Positions 49,155-57,585 of a DNA stretch of 64,000 nt are shown in pieces; position 1 is the stretch's first letter, and each line of letters begins with the position of its first letter. Under the pieces are notes generated by a model, which did no database searches, was not told where the DNA came from, and saw nothing but the letters and a program-made list of their open reading frames with translations. Source of the DNA: an uncultured virus (IMG/VR IMGVR_UViG_3300010361_000001) (lineage: Duplodnaviria > Heunggongvirae > Uroviricota > Caudoviricetes); the IMG/VR virus record IMGVR_UViG_3300010361_000001; one strand, written 5' to 3'. The translations under genes and the position numbers were made by a program.

Positions 49155-49295
49155 TCATCCATCCAAGGCACCCGGCACATCCTCAGGTTCGGGGTTCCTG
49201 GCCTGCTCTTGAGGATTGGCAGCGCTCTGCTCCTCATGGGTGTCAACGAAGCTGCTGAACTGCTGAGAAGAAAGGATCTGATGCTTCTGACTCAT
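49155..49295 (-). CDS. small protein with LSSQQF tag (46 aa)
   Basis: MSQKHQILSSQQFSSF...; SD AGGAGG; translated by hand. Confidence 0.65.
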   Translation of the reverse strand: MSQKHQILSSQQFSSFVDTHEEQSAANPQEQARNPEPEDVPGALDG

Positions 49296-49399
49296 CTCAG
49301 TCCTCCTAGGAAGTCATCAGGGCGAACAGCACACCCAGCGTGAAGCCCAGCAGGATCACCAGCCCCAGGGCCAGCATGAACAGGATCCAGATGCATGAC

Positions 49400-50839
49400 C
49401 TACTCCATCGTGCGCCGGATGGCGTCCTCTGCCCTGTCGGGGTCGACGCGTCGTAGGGTCTCTGCCCGTTCAGCGCCGAAGAGCCTTGATAGGACGCCTG
49501 CTTGCGCTCGCCCCTCCACGGTGACCTTGAGGAAGTCACGGTTGTCCTGTATCTCCTTCACCGACTGGGTCATCTTCATGAACCGGTCCAGTTCCATGCT
49601 GAGGTTGGCGTCCGGGTAGCCCCCCTGTAGCTGCTCCGACAGGAAGGTGAACTGGATGCGCTGACCCTGCATCTCCAGGAGGGAGTACAGGATGCCCATT
49701 AGTTGGTCACGATTCCGGATCTCACTGGGGATCTTGTACTTGCAGGCTGAGGCTGCCTCGTAGAGGGGGCAGACCACGGCCAGGGCACAGGAGTCGCATA
49801 GCCGCAGGTCAGCGTTCCCCATGTGAGCTACCTGGGTGACGATCTCCTTGGTCCCGGCGCCGTCCGGATTGGGCACCACGGTGGTTACCGGGCGGTAGTC
49901 GAAGACCGGCAACACCCGGCGCGTATCCCCGTTTTGTTGCATCTCCAGGGGTACGTGACCAACTAGTTCAACGGCAGTCGACCCGTTTTCGGGTACACGC
50001 CCGTTGCCCTCGTGAGTTAATCCCGAACGGTCTGGCGCCTCCATGCTGGCCTCCATCTGGCGCCAGGCCCATATGGTGTAGCGGCCCACCTCCTTGGAGT
50101 CGTCAGCCAGGATCTTGGCGGCGTCGAAGCCTGCCTGGGTGAAGTGCTGCCGGTGCCGGGTGCGGATCTTCTCCTTCTCGTCAGCCGGGTACCGACGCAG
50201 CCGGTTGTTGTCCCACACCACGGTCTCTCCAAATCTCGTTGGCGAGATCCAGGAGGAGCTAACTAGCGTGCTGTACAAGCCGCCAGGAGCGTCGTAGGGG
50301 TGAGAGAAGCTCAGCCCATGCAGGTTCAGCCTGGTGCGCCGTACGAGAGAGGACAGGACATTTTGGGTGCGTGGCGCGACTGGCGGCACCCCTAAGTTGG
50401 TGTACTGCTCCACCATCCTGCGGAGCAACGGGGCACCCCAGTCCTCGTGCCAGACCGGCACCAGCTTGTCCTGATCCAGGCCCTCCCACACCTCACGCTG
50501 GCGCTCGATCCACTCCAGGTTGAGGGCCGGGTCGTACTCGGTAAAGAAGGTCAGCCGGTCTATGTTCTGGCTAACGAAGGCCACGTAGTCGGTGAGATAT
50601 GCCTCGTGCTGAGCCAGCGTCCAGTTCTTCTTCTCAGTGCTGCTGGCCCCTGACAGCAGGAAGATCCTCTGGTCTTCGGGGAAGTTGTTCACCAGTAGCC
50701 ACTGCTTCTTCTGTGGCAATCGAGGCTTCAGGTGCATGTAGTTGATAGCCACATGAGGGGCCTTCTCCTCGCGCAATAGCTTGCGCCAGGTGGGCACCTC
50801 TGCCCCGGCGAAATAAAGCTCCAGCCTATGGATACTCAT
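49400..50839 (-). CDS. divergent TGT/DpdA-like barrel plus Cys cluster
   Basis: LYFAG, IFLLSGA, PVWH, LHGL, VSSSW; CDSC...CPLY...C. Confidence 0.45.
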   Translation of the reverse strand: MSIHRLELYFAGAEVPTWRKLLREEKAPHVAINYMHLKPRLPQKKQWLLVNNFPEDQRIFLLSGASSTEKKNWTLAQHEAYLTDYVAFVSQNIDRLTFFTEYDPALNLEWIERQREVWEGLDQDKLVPVWHEDWGAPLLRRMVEQYTNLGVPPVAPRTQNVLSSLVRRTRLNLHGLSFSHPYDAPGGLYSTLVSSSWISPTRFGETVVWDNNRLRRYPADEKEKIRTRHRQHFTQAGFDAAKILADDSKEVGRYTIWAWRQMEASMEAPDRSGLTHEGNGRVPENGSTAVELVGHVPLEMQQNGDTRRVLPVFDYRPVTTVVPNPDGAGTKEIVTQVAHMGNADLRLCDSCALAVVCPLYEAASACKYKIPSEIRNRDQLMGILYSLLEMQGQRIQFTFLSEQLQGGYPDANLSMELDRFMKMTQSVKEIQDNRDFLKVTVEGRAQAGVLSRLFGAERAETLRRVDPDRAEDAIRRTME

Positions 50840-51149
50840 GAAGCGCCGTCCACTCGTGGGGTGCCCTCGTCATCTTGGTCCCTAGCTCGTCTTCCTCCAC
50901 CGTATGGAACCCCATCCTGCTGTACCACTGGACAAGCTCTGGCCTGGCCGTGTGCAGGGTGATCCGGGAGTGGGCCTTGTCATGCTCCTCCAGGATCTGG
51001 TGCATGAGGTGAGTGCCAATCCCATGGCCTCGTTGGTCAGGGTTGACCCACAGGTTGTGGAGGTAGTGATGACCGGGAGAGACCTGATTGATCCTGACGT
51101 GGGCAGGACCGTAGGTGATCTCCCCCGTGCGGGGCGGCGGGGCCTTCAT
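50826..51149 (-). CDS. GNAT acetyltransferase
   Basis: LWVNPDQRGHGIGTHLM, WYSRMGF. Confidence 0.85.
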   Translation of the reverse strand: MKAPPPRTGEITYGPAHVRINQVSPGHHYLHNLWVNPDQRGHGIGTHLMHQILEEHDKAHSRITLHTARPELVQWYSRMGFHTVEEDELGTKMTRAPHEWTALHEYP

Positions 51150-52111
51150 CAGTTCCTCTCCTGCCTGGGAGAGTAGTGGCGCTCCTCCACCTGGGCCTCA
51201 GGCTTGAGGTGGCGGAAGGCTTGGTCCTGGAAGTGAGTCACCAGGCCCGTGGCCTTGTCAGTGGCCCTCAGCACCTGTACCTGGCGGGGGTGCGTCACCA
51301 CGGTCTCCTTGCCTCCCAGGGCCAAGGTGTCGTAGCCGTGCTGACGCCAGAAGTTGGGGTCGATGCCCCGGCCCGTGCGGTAGTCGTAACGGCTGGTGCG
51401 GCGCCACATCTGCTCGACGCGTTTGGGCGGATCCGGATCCCACATGGTTGACCCTCCTGGGCCAGTCCCCAGGGACCGCTTGCCACTGGACTGGTGGAGG
51501 TGCAGGGCGAACTCGTAGCCAGGATGCTCCCGACGATGGCCTATGTACTGCCAGGCGGTCTTGTCAGCAGAGGTGTAGATCCCCGGCCCGGTGTCACCGG
51601 TCCTGGACACCAGCAGCCCTGGCTTGCCCTGGTGCAGCCGCCCCATGATGTCGTGGGCGGCTGCCTCTGAGGTGTGGTGGTAGAACTCGTTGTCGGCCCA
51701 GGACTTGAGTCGGTGGGACTCAGGTTTGCGGGCCAGGTCAGCCCCGGTGAACTGAGGGCCTGCCGACAGCCGGGAGACCGCCCTGGGGTTGTGGATGTCG
51801 TACTCGTGGAAATGCTCCGGCTTCCACAGGGAGGGCCTGACCGTGATGTCCTCGTCCCCATGCTCCTCGTCCTCACCCCGAAGGACCACCTTGGCCCCTG
51901 GGCGGATCTGAGACTGCACAGAGCCGAAGCCATGGCCCAGGTCACCACGCACGTAGGGCATGTCAGTGGCCTGCTTGGCGAACGACTCCGAGAGGCCACG
52001 TAGCCTCTCCAGGCGGGTGACCTTGCCCGCCCGGACGGCACTCTCTACGTAGTCACCCACCATGTGGTGGAGCGTGGTGCCAGCCCACTGGCGACCCAGG
52101 GCGTCGGTCAT
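51149..52111 (-). CDS. putative ADP-ribosyltransferase (H-Y-E, PARP-like) in C-terminal half
   Basis: FYHHTS...GPGIYTS...GYD...ETVV. Confidence 0.6.
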   Translation of the reverse strand: MTDALGRQWAGTTLHHMVGDYVESAVRAGKVTRLERLRGLSESFAKQATDMPYVRGDLGHGFGSVQSQIRPGAKVVLRGEDEEHGDEDITVRPSLWKPEHFHEYDIHNPRAVSRLSAGPQFTGADLARKPESHRLKSWADNEFYHHTSEAAAHDIMGRLHQGKPGLLVSRTGDTGPGIYTSADKTAWQYIGHRREHPGYEFALHLHQSSGKRSLGTGPGGSTMWDPDPPKRVEQMWRRTSRYDYRTGRGIDPNFWRQHGYDTLALGGKETVVTHPRQVQVLRATDKATGLVTHFQDQAFRHLKPEAQVEERHYSPRQERN

Positions 52112-52113
52112 GG

Positions 52114-52590
52114 TCAGGCTGGCTTGTTCTCCGGCGTCCCGGCCACGATGGCGATCTCAGTCATGACACCGGCCACCACGTCGATAGCCAGCGAGCCGAT
52201 GTAGTCACCGGTCCCGTCCTGGTTGACGTCGTTGGAGACCGTCACCGCAGCGGATCCCACCGGGCCGACAGCTACCGCCGTGGCGTGGGAGGGGTCATGG
52301 ACCGTCACCGTCACGATGGACGTGTCCGAAGACTTCCACTGGGTGTCCCCGGCGATGGTGACTGGGTTGCCATAGGCGTCCTCTCCGGTGATGGAGAGTT
52401 CGACCTGCTGGTCAGCGGTCAGTTGCATGAGGATGTCCTCTCTTCCTGTTGGGGGTCGACCGGGCGGTCCCGGCACTGGTTGAAGCAACTTCTCGGTGAC
52501 TGGGCCGACCCGCCAACGCCATGGTGGCCGTTTCGGGATGACCTCTTTGTGCGTGTACTCGTCGTAACCCCAGCGCGCCTCATAGCTCAC
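52114..52590 (-). CDS. Ig-like domain protein
   Basis: DAYGNPV...WKSSDTSIVTV. Confidence 0.65.
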   Translation of the reverse strand: MSYEARWGYDEYTHKEVIPKRPPWRWRVGPVTEKLLQPVPGPPGRPPTGREDILMQLTADQQVELSITGEDAYGNPVTIAGDTQWKSSDTSIVTVTVHDPSHATAVAVGPVGSAAVTVSNDVNQDGTGDYIGSLAIDVVAGVMTEIAIVAGTPENKPA

Positions 52591-53003
52591 TGGCGCCTCC
52601 GGGGTAGGCGGTCCCCAGTCGACCTGGCCCAGGCTTCTCCTGAGTCAGTGCGATGCTCCGAGTGCCTGGGCTGGGTCACACCACGAGTGTCTCCGGCGAT
52701 CCGGCGAGCCTCCCCCAACATGGCTGTGGCGATGCCCTGACGCTGATGCTCCGGGTTCGTGTACAGCCCCAGGATCTCCCCGGAGCGGTGGTGCCAGGAG
52801 AGCGAGGCAGCCGGGGCCTGGGCGGGGTCAGCCGATCGGGGATCCCGGAGCCGCTCCCCTGGGTGCATCTGTGCGTACTCCGACTCCAGCTTCTCCCTGG
52901 GCCAGACCTCAACAGTGTGGTAGGGCTTGCCGCCCATCTCCCGATGAGTCGAGCCGTGGAACAGGAAGCCGAACTGCTCAGTGTTCAGGGCGCGCTGGCT
53001 CAT
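52587..53003 (-). CDS. GNAT acetyltransferase
   Basis: ILGLYTNPEHQRQGIATAML, TDSGEAW. Confidence 0.8.
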   Translation of the reverse strand: MSQRALNTEQFGFLFHGSTHREMGGKPYHTVEVWPREKLESEYAQMHPGERLRDPRSADPAQAPAASLSWHHRSGEILGLYTNPEHQRQGIATAMLGEARRIAGDTRGVTQPRHSEHRTDSGEAWARSTGDRLPRRRQ

Positions 53004-53648
53004 TCAAAACAGCTTGCCTTGTGTGTAACGGGGCACCACGCTGACCCTGGGATGTGGCCCTAAACGCTCAACTCGATATTGCCTATTACGACCGAGAAGG
53101 ATCTCCTGGTCCGCATTCCCTTCACGTCGGCCCTCAGTCATCCTCCGGTTGACTTCCATCGTTGGCGCGCTGGCTTCAGTGCCTTTGGGGATACGCACCT
53201 CGACGGTCTCACCCTCATGACCGGCGTAGCTGGCCGCCGTGCGATGGAGCAGCGACGTCGAGCCGAAGCCCTCGTCACTGTAGACGTCACCCACCTTTCT
53301 CCCTGCCAGGATCGACTTCGGCTGACCCCGGAAGGCCGTCGTATTGACCTTCACATGACTGCCAGCAATCGACTTATCAATGCCCTCGATAACCGGGGCG
53401 ATCTGCTTCATGAACTCCGGAGGAGCGTCCTTGTGTCGGATGGCAGAGTTGATGCCTGCTGAACTCATGACATACGAGCCTTCGTGTTCCGTAGGCTCCA
53501 CCGAAGACTCGACATTCTTGCCTATCCAGTCCCTGGCCGACTGCCGTTGAGCGATGGCCTCTGGATTGAGCTTGCGTTCCGCAAAGGGTGGCGGGTTCGT
53601 CGTCTGCCATGGTTCCACGGGGAACTGCTGGGAGCTTAGGACGGTCAT
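53004..53648 (-). CDS. VIP2/Alt-like ADP-ribosyltransferase (R-S-E)
   Basis: INSAIR, AFRG, GFGSTSL, IPKGT, DQEILL. Confidence 0.85.
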   Translation of the reverse strand: MTVLSSQQFPVEPWQTTNPPPFAERKLNPEAIAQRQSARDWIGKNVESSVEPTEHEGSYVMSSAGINSAIRHKDAPPEFMKQIAPVIEGIDKSIAGSHVKVNTTAFRGQPKSILAGRKVGDVYSDEGFGSTSLLHRTAASYAGHEGETVEVRIPKGTEASAPTMEVNRRMTEGRREGNADQEILLGRNRQYRVERLGPHPRVSVVPRYTQGKLF

Positions 53649-54703
53649 GGGCCGTACTTAGGGTTGAGCAGGGCACGCCTGACGTTGACCCTCTTCTGCT
53701 TGGGCGGCTTCGGCTCCGGCGACTGGGTCTCCTCAAACTGGCCTCTGGTGTAGGGACCACCCAGGCGAGACAGGTACGTCGTACGGTTGGCATTAAGGGC
53801 GCGCCCGGCCTTTACGTCCCTGGGATCAGGCCGGTAGTGGGTGACCATGTAGCGGTCAGCCCGAGCCTCCTCAGCCGGTCCAGCCGGTGACTCCGAGACG
53901 TGATGGCCGATCTCGTGGATCAGGGTGGCCTCCGACTGCTGGCGTTGCCGGTGACCAGCCTTGGGCACGAAGGTGGGCTTGCCAGCCTGCCGAAGGGCGG
54001 CTGACGGCTTGTCCATGTCCTCGATGAGCCGTTGACCCTTCTGCTCCCCACGCCCAGGTGTCTTGGCCGGTACCGGGTACAGCCGCACCTTGCCGGTGCC
54101 CTGGCCCCTCTTGCCGGTGTAGAGGCCCAGGACGTTCTTCATGCTGCCGGTGCCCAGCTTGCGCTCTGCCGGGATCTCGATGGACTGGAGACCCTCCAGG
54201 TGCTGGGCTGGCACCGTCGAGCGGGCGATGGCCTCCCGCATCATCCGCTCCCCGTGGCCCCCAGGCTGGTAGAAGGGGTGATCGAGGGAGGCAGCCATCC
54301 CCCGGTTGGTCTGCTGGGCCACCTGGGTGGTGCCCTTGCCTCCACAGGACCAGCACGTCCCAGGAGCGGTGGCGACCACCCCGTTGTGGGTGATGCCCCT
54401 CTCCTTCCAGTGGGCCTGGGTGACTGGGCTGGTCAGCATGTCCCCGGTGACCCGGAAGGTGGGGTTCTCTCCCCGGCCCCCACAGTGGGGGCACGGCTCC
54501 TTGGTGGGCGGGCCTGGCACCTCCCCGTAGGTGGGGATGCTGACGTTGGGCGTGGCGGCGCGTACCTCCCGCATCCGCTCCGGCGTGTAGCCACGCTGGT
54601 AGCGGATGTCCGAGCGGGGCTTGACCTGCCTCTGGTCGAAGAGGGAGGGCTGCTCCTTGAGGTGTGCCCTAGGATCCGGGCGGGGGTCGAAGAGGCTGGT
54701 CAC
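53645..54703 (-). CDS. zincin-like metallopeptidase with CxxCxGxG finger
   Basis: TLIHEIGHH...EEARAD; CPHCGGRG, CWSCGGKG. Confidence 0.7.
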   Translation of the reverse strand: MTSLFDPRPDPRAHLKEQPSLFDQRQVKPRSDIRYQRGYTPERMREVRAATPNVSIPTYGEVPGPPTKEPCPHCGGRGENPTFRVTGDMLTSPVTQAHWKERGITHNGVVATAPGTCWSCGGKGTTQVAQQTNRGMAASLDHPFYQPGGHGERMMREAIARSTVPAQHLEGLQSIEIPAERKLGTGSMKNVLGLYTGKRGQGTGKVRLYPVPAKTPGRGEQKGQRLIEDMDKPSAALRQAGKPTFVPKAGHRQRQQSEATLIHEIGHHVSESPAGPAEEARADRYMVTHYRPDPRDVKAGRALNANRTTYLSRLGGPYTRGQFEETQSPEPKPPKQKRVNVRRALLNPKYGP

Positions 54704-54949
54704 TCACTCTTCCTCTCCACCCTCTTCACTCCACGGCATCATGTTGCGACCGCCCCCCTCACCACCGAACTCGGTGCCAGACGGCATGCCCCGAACCGTG
54801 GTGAGGTCGTTGGAAAATGAGGGGCGAAACACGTTCGACGTCATGTGCTGAATACCACGAACCCTGGTGGTCAGTTCGTCGGCATTCCCTTGTTCGATCA
54901 TGCTGCGTTCGGTGTTGAACTGCTGGTTCGACAAAGCTCCGGCACTCAT
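54704..54949 (-). CDS. small protein with LSNQQF tag
   Basis: MSAGALSNQQF. Confidence 0.65.
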   Translation of the reverse strand: MSAGALSNQQFNTERSMIEQGNADELTTRVRGIQHMTSNVFRPSFSNDLTTVRGMPSGTEFGGEGGGRNMMPWSEEGGEEE

Positions 54950-55467
54950 ATGCGCTCTGGCTCCTGCTCAGTGAGGCGTGGATCGGTGGCTTTTAACTCC
55001 CTCTGGCGAGTTATTTCCTCGTCTATTTCTTGCCAGGGACGAGGCAGTCTTTTCTTGTCAGGGCGGTACTCGGCCCACCGGTAGGACGGGTTGGTGAAGA
55101 GCAGGCAGGGGATGCCCATCTCGGTCACCAGGAGGATGGTGGCCGGGTCAGCCGAGACCACCAGGCCCAGGTCATGGCCCTCCCGGCGTAGATAGGCAGC
55201 CTGGTCAGCCCGTAGCTCAGAATCGGACATATCCGCCTGTTCCGGACTCCGGACCAGGAGCCGGTGGTAGAAGGCAGGCTGGGTCATGCCGTTGACCAGC
55301 AGCCAATGCTCCGTAGCGACGTGGTCAGCCTGGACGGTCCCGAGCATCATCGAGTAGCCCGTCCGGAGGGCGTGGGCCAGCTTGACCCCGTCAGGGATGG
55401 GATAAAACCCGTTCAGGGTGGAATAATCCCCCAGCACTCCCTCGATGCTGATCAGGACCGTACTCAT
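54946..55467 (-). CDS. degenerate HAD-fold protein
   Basis: VLISIEGVL resembles DxDGVL but lacks the catalytic Asp; ATGA-coupled. Confidence 0.55.
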   Translation of the reverse strand: MSTVLISIEGVLGDYSTLNGFYPIPDGVKLAHALRTGYSMMLGTVQADHVATEHWLLVNGMTQPAFYHRLLVRSPEQADMSDSELRADQAAYLRREGHDLGLVVSADPATILLVTEMGIPCLLFTNPSYRWAEYRPDKKRLPRPWQEIDEEITRQRELKATDPRLTEQEPERI

Positions 55468-55667
55468 GAGGTGTACTGACTGGCTCTGGACCCCTTGCTG
55501 TGGATGTTGTCCGGGCCGTAGGGGTAGGGCTGGGTCTGGCCGAAGTGGGTCTCCCAAGACTCCCTCAGGGGGCTGGGCCACTCTCCGGGATCGCGTGAGC
55601 CGTTTGCAGAGTCGTAGAAGCTGCTCCAGTTCGTAGCCTTCGGCGTCCGACCAAGAGGCTTCTTCAT
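55464..55667 (-). CDS. hypothetical protein
   Basis: coupled; SD GGAGG. Confidence 0.55.
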   Translation of the reverse strand: MKKPLGRTPKATNWSSFYDSANGSRDPGEWPSPLRESWETHFGQTQPYPYGPDNIHSKGSRASQYTS

Positions 55668-55933
55668 TTCACCCTCCGGACCCGGATCTTGGTGTCACCC
55701 CGCTCCAGGGCGCCTCCTACCCGGTGGTGGCCGTCGAGGACGTAGTACCTGCCGTTGTGCTTGGCGACCAGGGGGTCAGTGCCGTCGTAGGCGCCCTTCT
55801 TGGCGATGCTCTGGACCTTGGCCGGGTCCAGGTACCGCTGGGTGGCTACGACCTTGTCCAGGCGCACCGTGGTGGCTGGCATTTTCGGGTTGGGCTTGTC
55901 CTCAAACTGCTTCGTGTTGAAGGGGACCGACAC
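55664..55933 (-). CDS. stand-alone ParB/Srx-like domain, leaderless
   Basis: VATQ...PLV...YYVLDGHHR; TACGCT-N6-GTG. Confidence 0.8.
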   Translation of the reverse strand: MSVPFNTKQFEDKPNPKMPATTVRLDKVVATQRYLDPAKVQSIAKKGAYDGTDPLVAKHNGRYYVLDGHHRVGGALERGDTKIRVRRVK

Positions 55934-55988
55934 GCTTCAAGCGTAGGTGGCCCAGGTGGGCGCACCCCGGCCACCTAGGCTGGATCTC

Positions 55989-56306
55989 GTGTCTGACGCC
56001 CAGGTGCTGAGTGGCTTCTGCTACCTCTGCAACACCGCTATCCACCATGACGTCCAGGCCCACTTTGAGCAGGAACACATGACGGCGGCGCGTAAGCCCA
56101 AGGTGCCGATCATGTCCTGGCAGCATCGACTCAGGAACGTCCTGAGCGAGCTACAGGAGGTCCAGGAGTCAGAGGACCGGGGCCGTCAGATCGACCTCGT
56201 GGACAACACACTCACGGAGCTTTACGTCATCAGGCAGAAGCTGGCCCAGGAAAAGGGCACACCCGTCAGAACAGTGAAGGAAGGAAGCGGAAATGGGAGT
56301 AGTTGA
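55989..56306 (+). CDS. hypothetical C2H2-like protein, leaderless
   Basis: CYLC...HFEQEH; TAGGCT-N7-GTG. Confidence 0.6.
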   Translation: MSDAQVLSGFCYLCNTAIHHDVQAHFEQEHMTAARKPKVPIMSWQHRLRNVLSELQEVQESEDRGRQIDLVDNTLTELYVIRQKLAQEKGTPVRTVKEGSGNGSS

Positions 56307-56586
56307 CTGGAGGGCCTGGACGAACCAGGGCGGCGGCTCATTGCCGACAGCCCCCAACCCGCCTGGCACCCCCTACGTGCCGAACACGCCGTTCCCCGGC
56401 GTGGGGCCGATCACCGACCTGATCAACCCGGCCACCTCGATCCCGCCCTACTCAGCCACGCCCACCACCATCAAGCCGACTGACCCCTTCGGCGGCTGGG
56501 TGGATCAGAAGGAGTTCGTGGCGAACTCGGCTGGGGCACAGGTGCCCACCATGAGGCCAGCTATCCCAGGGCTGACGTCTCCTTAA
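56293..56586 (+). CDS. Pro-rich hypothetical protein
   Basis: SD AAGGAAG. Confidence 0.6.
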   Translation: MGVVDWRAWTNQGGGSLPTAPNPPGTPYVPNTPFPGVGPITDLINPATSIPPYSATPTTIKPTDPFGGWVDQKEFVANSAGAQVPTMRPAIPGLTSP

Positions 56587-56592
56587 CCAGCC

Positions 56593-57135
56593 ATGCCTGA
56601 GAGCGAGTCCATCCGGGCTGAAGCGCGCCGGAGGGGCGTCAGCTTCGCCAAGGTCAAGGGCGAGCGGCTCTACCAACAGAAGGGATCCACCTACCGTCAG
56701 GAGCGGGAGGAACGGTTCCGGTCACAGAAAATCAGGAGCATCCGCCAGGCTCAGGCTGCGGGCGTCGAGGAAGAGATACCCGAGTGGGTCCAGGCGGATC
56801 TCCCGTTCCCCACCGAGACGACGGGACCAGACGCCACTGAGCCACATGGCATGCAAGGCCCGTTCGGTCCCAGTCCGATGCCCGACTGGGACTTCTACTG
56901 GCCCACTCGGACCATCAACCCACCCAGGCCCCGGACCCTCCAGGCCCGGTATTCCAGGACTCAGCGACGGCTGGAGGTCATCTTCCGGGACGGCACCCCC
57001 TGGCACTACGACGAGGTGCCTCCGGGCATCTGGACTCGGTTCAAGCGCGTGGAGTCCCCAGGCCGCTACATCAACTCGGTGCTGAACGGCTATCCATACG
57101 GGAGAGGCGGATGGGGCAGCGTTGTCGGGGAGTAG
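56593..57135 (+). CDS. KTSC domain protein
   Basis: RY....RLEVIFRDG..WHYDEVP...W..F....SPGRYIN. Confidence 0.8.
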   Translation: MPESESIRAEARRRGVSFAKVKGERLYQQKGSTYRQEREERFRSQKIRSIRQAQAAGVEEEIPEWVQADLPFPTETTGPDATEPHGMQGPFGPSPMPDWDFYWPTRTINPPRPRTLQARYSRTQRRLEVIFRDGTPWHYDEVPPGIWTRFKRVESPGRYINSVLNGYPYGRGGWGSVVGE

Positions 57136-57314
57136 AGAAAGAGCCACCCAAGCCGAAGTTGCCGTCGAGGATCGACCAGATCCTGGCTGAGATCGACAAG
57201 GCCCTAGAGGAGAACGAGGCCCAACCTCTTGGAGATCCACCCCGACGACTACGACGATCCGGAGGAAAATCTGTGGGTACTACCCAACCTCCCGGACCCG
57301 GCCTCAGTTCCTGA
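57111..57314 (+). CDS. Pup-like peptide
   Basis: KLPSRIDQILAEIDKALEEN resembles Pup KLTEETDDLLDEIDDVLEEN. Confidence 0.55.
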   Translation: MGQRCRGVEKEPPKPKLPSRIDQILAEIDKALEENEAQPLGDPPRRLRRSGGKSVGTTQPPGPGLSS

Positions 57315-57585
57315 CAACACCAAGTCACTCTGGATTTTCTACTTCTGGCGAGGCGAGCCACGGCAGGGCCACTGGCCCGTGACGGTGGCACTCACCAGGG
57401 AAATCACGGCTCCCTGGCGTAGGGGCCTGGGTATCATGTTCCACAGAAAACATCGTGCTAGTGCAGTCGGCGTCTGGATTCGTGGGAAGGAACCCCGTAT
57501 CTTGAGCGACGCGCCGTCTGAGAAGGACTGGCGTGATGTCGTAGCCAGAGCGAGCGACTTGGAGAGAGGACTTGAACGTAACTGA
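57229..57585 (+). CDS. hypothetical protein
   Basis: ETT/EITAPWRRG-type segment; operon position. Confidence 0.55.
   Translation: MEIHPDDYDDPEENLWVLPNLPDPASVPDNTKSLWIFYFWRGEPRQGHWPVTVALTREITAPWRRGLGIMFHRKHRASAVGVWIRGKEPRILSDAPSEKDWRDVVARASDLERGLERN

Noticed and set aside
49292..49539. Small membrane ORF 49306-49539
   Set aside because: Start ambiguous; a competing 34-aa ORF (49292-49396) is better coupled, so neither was called
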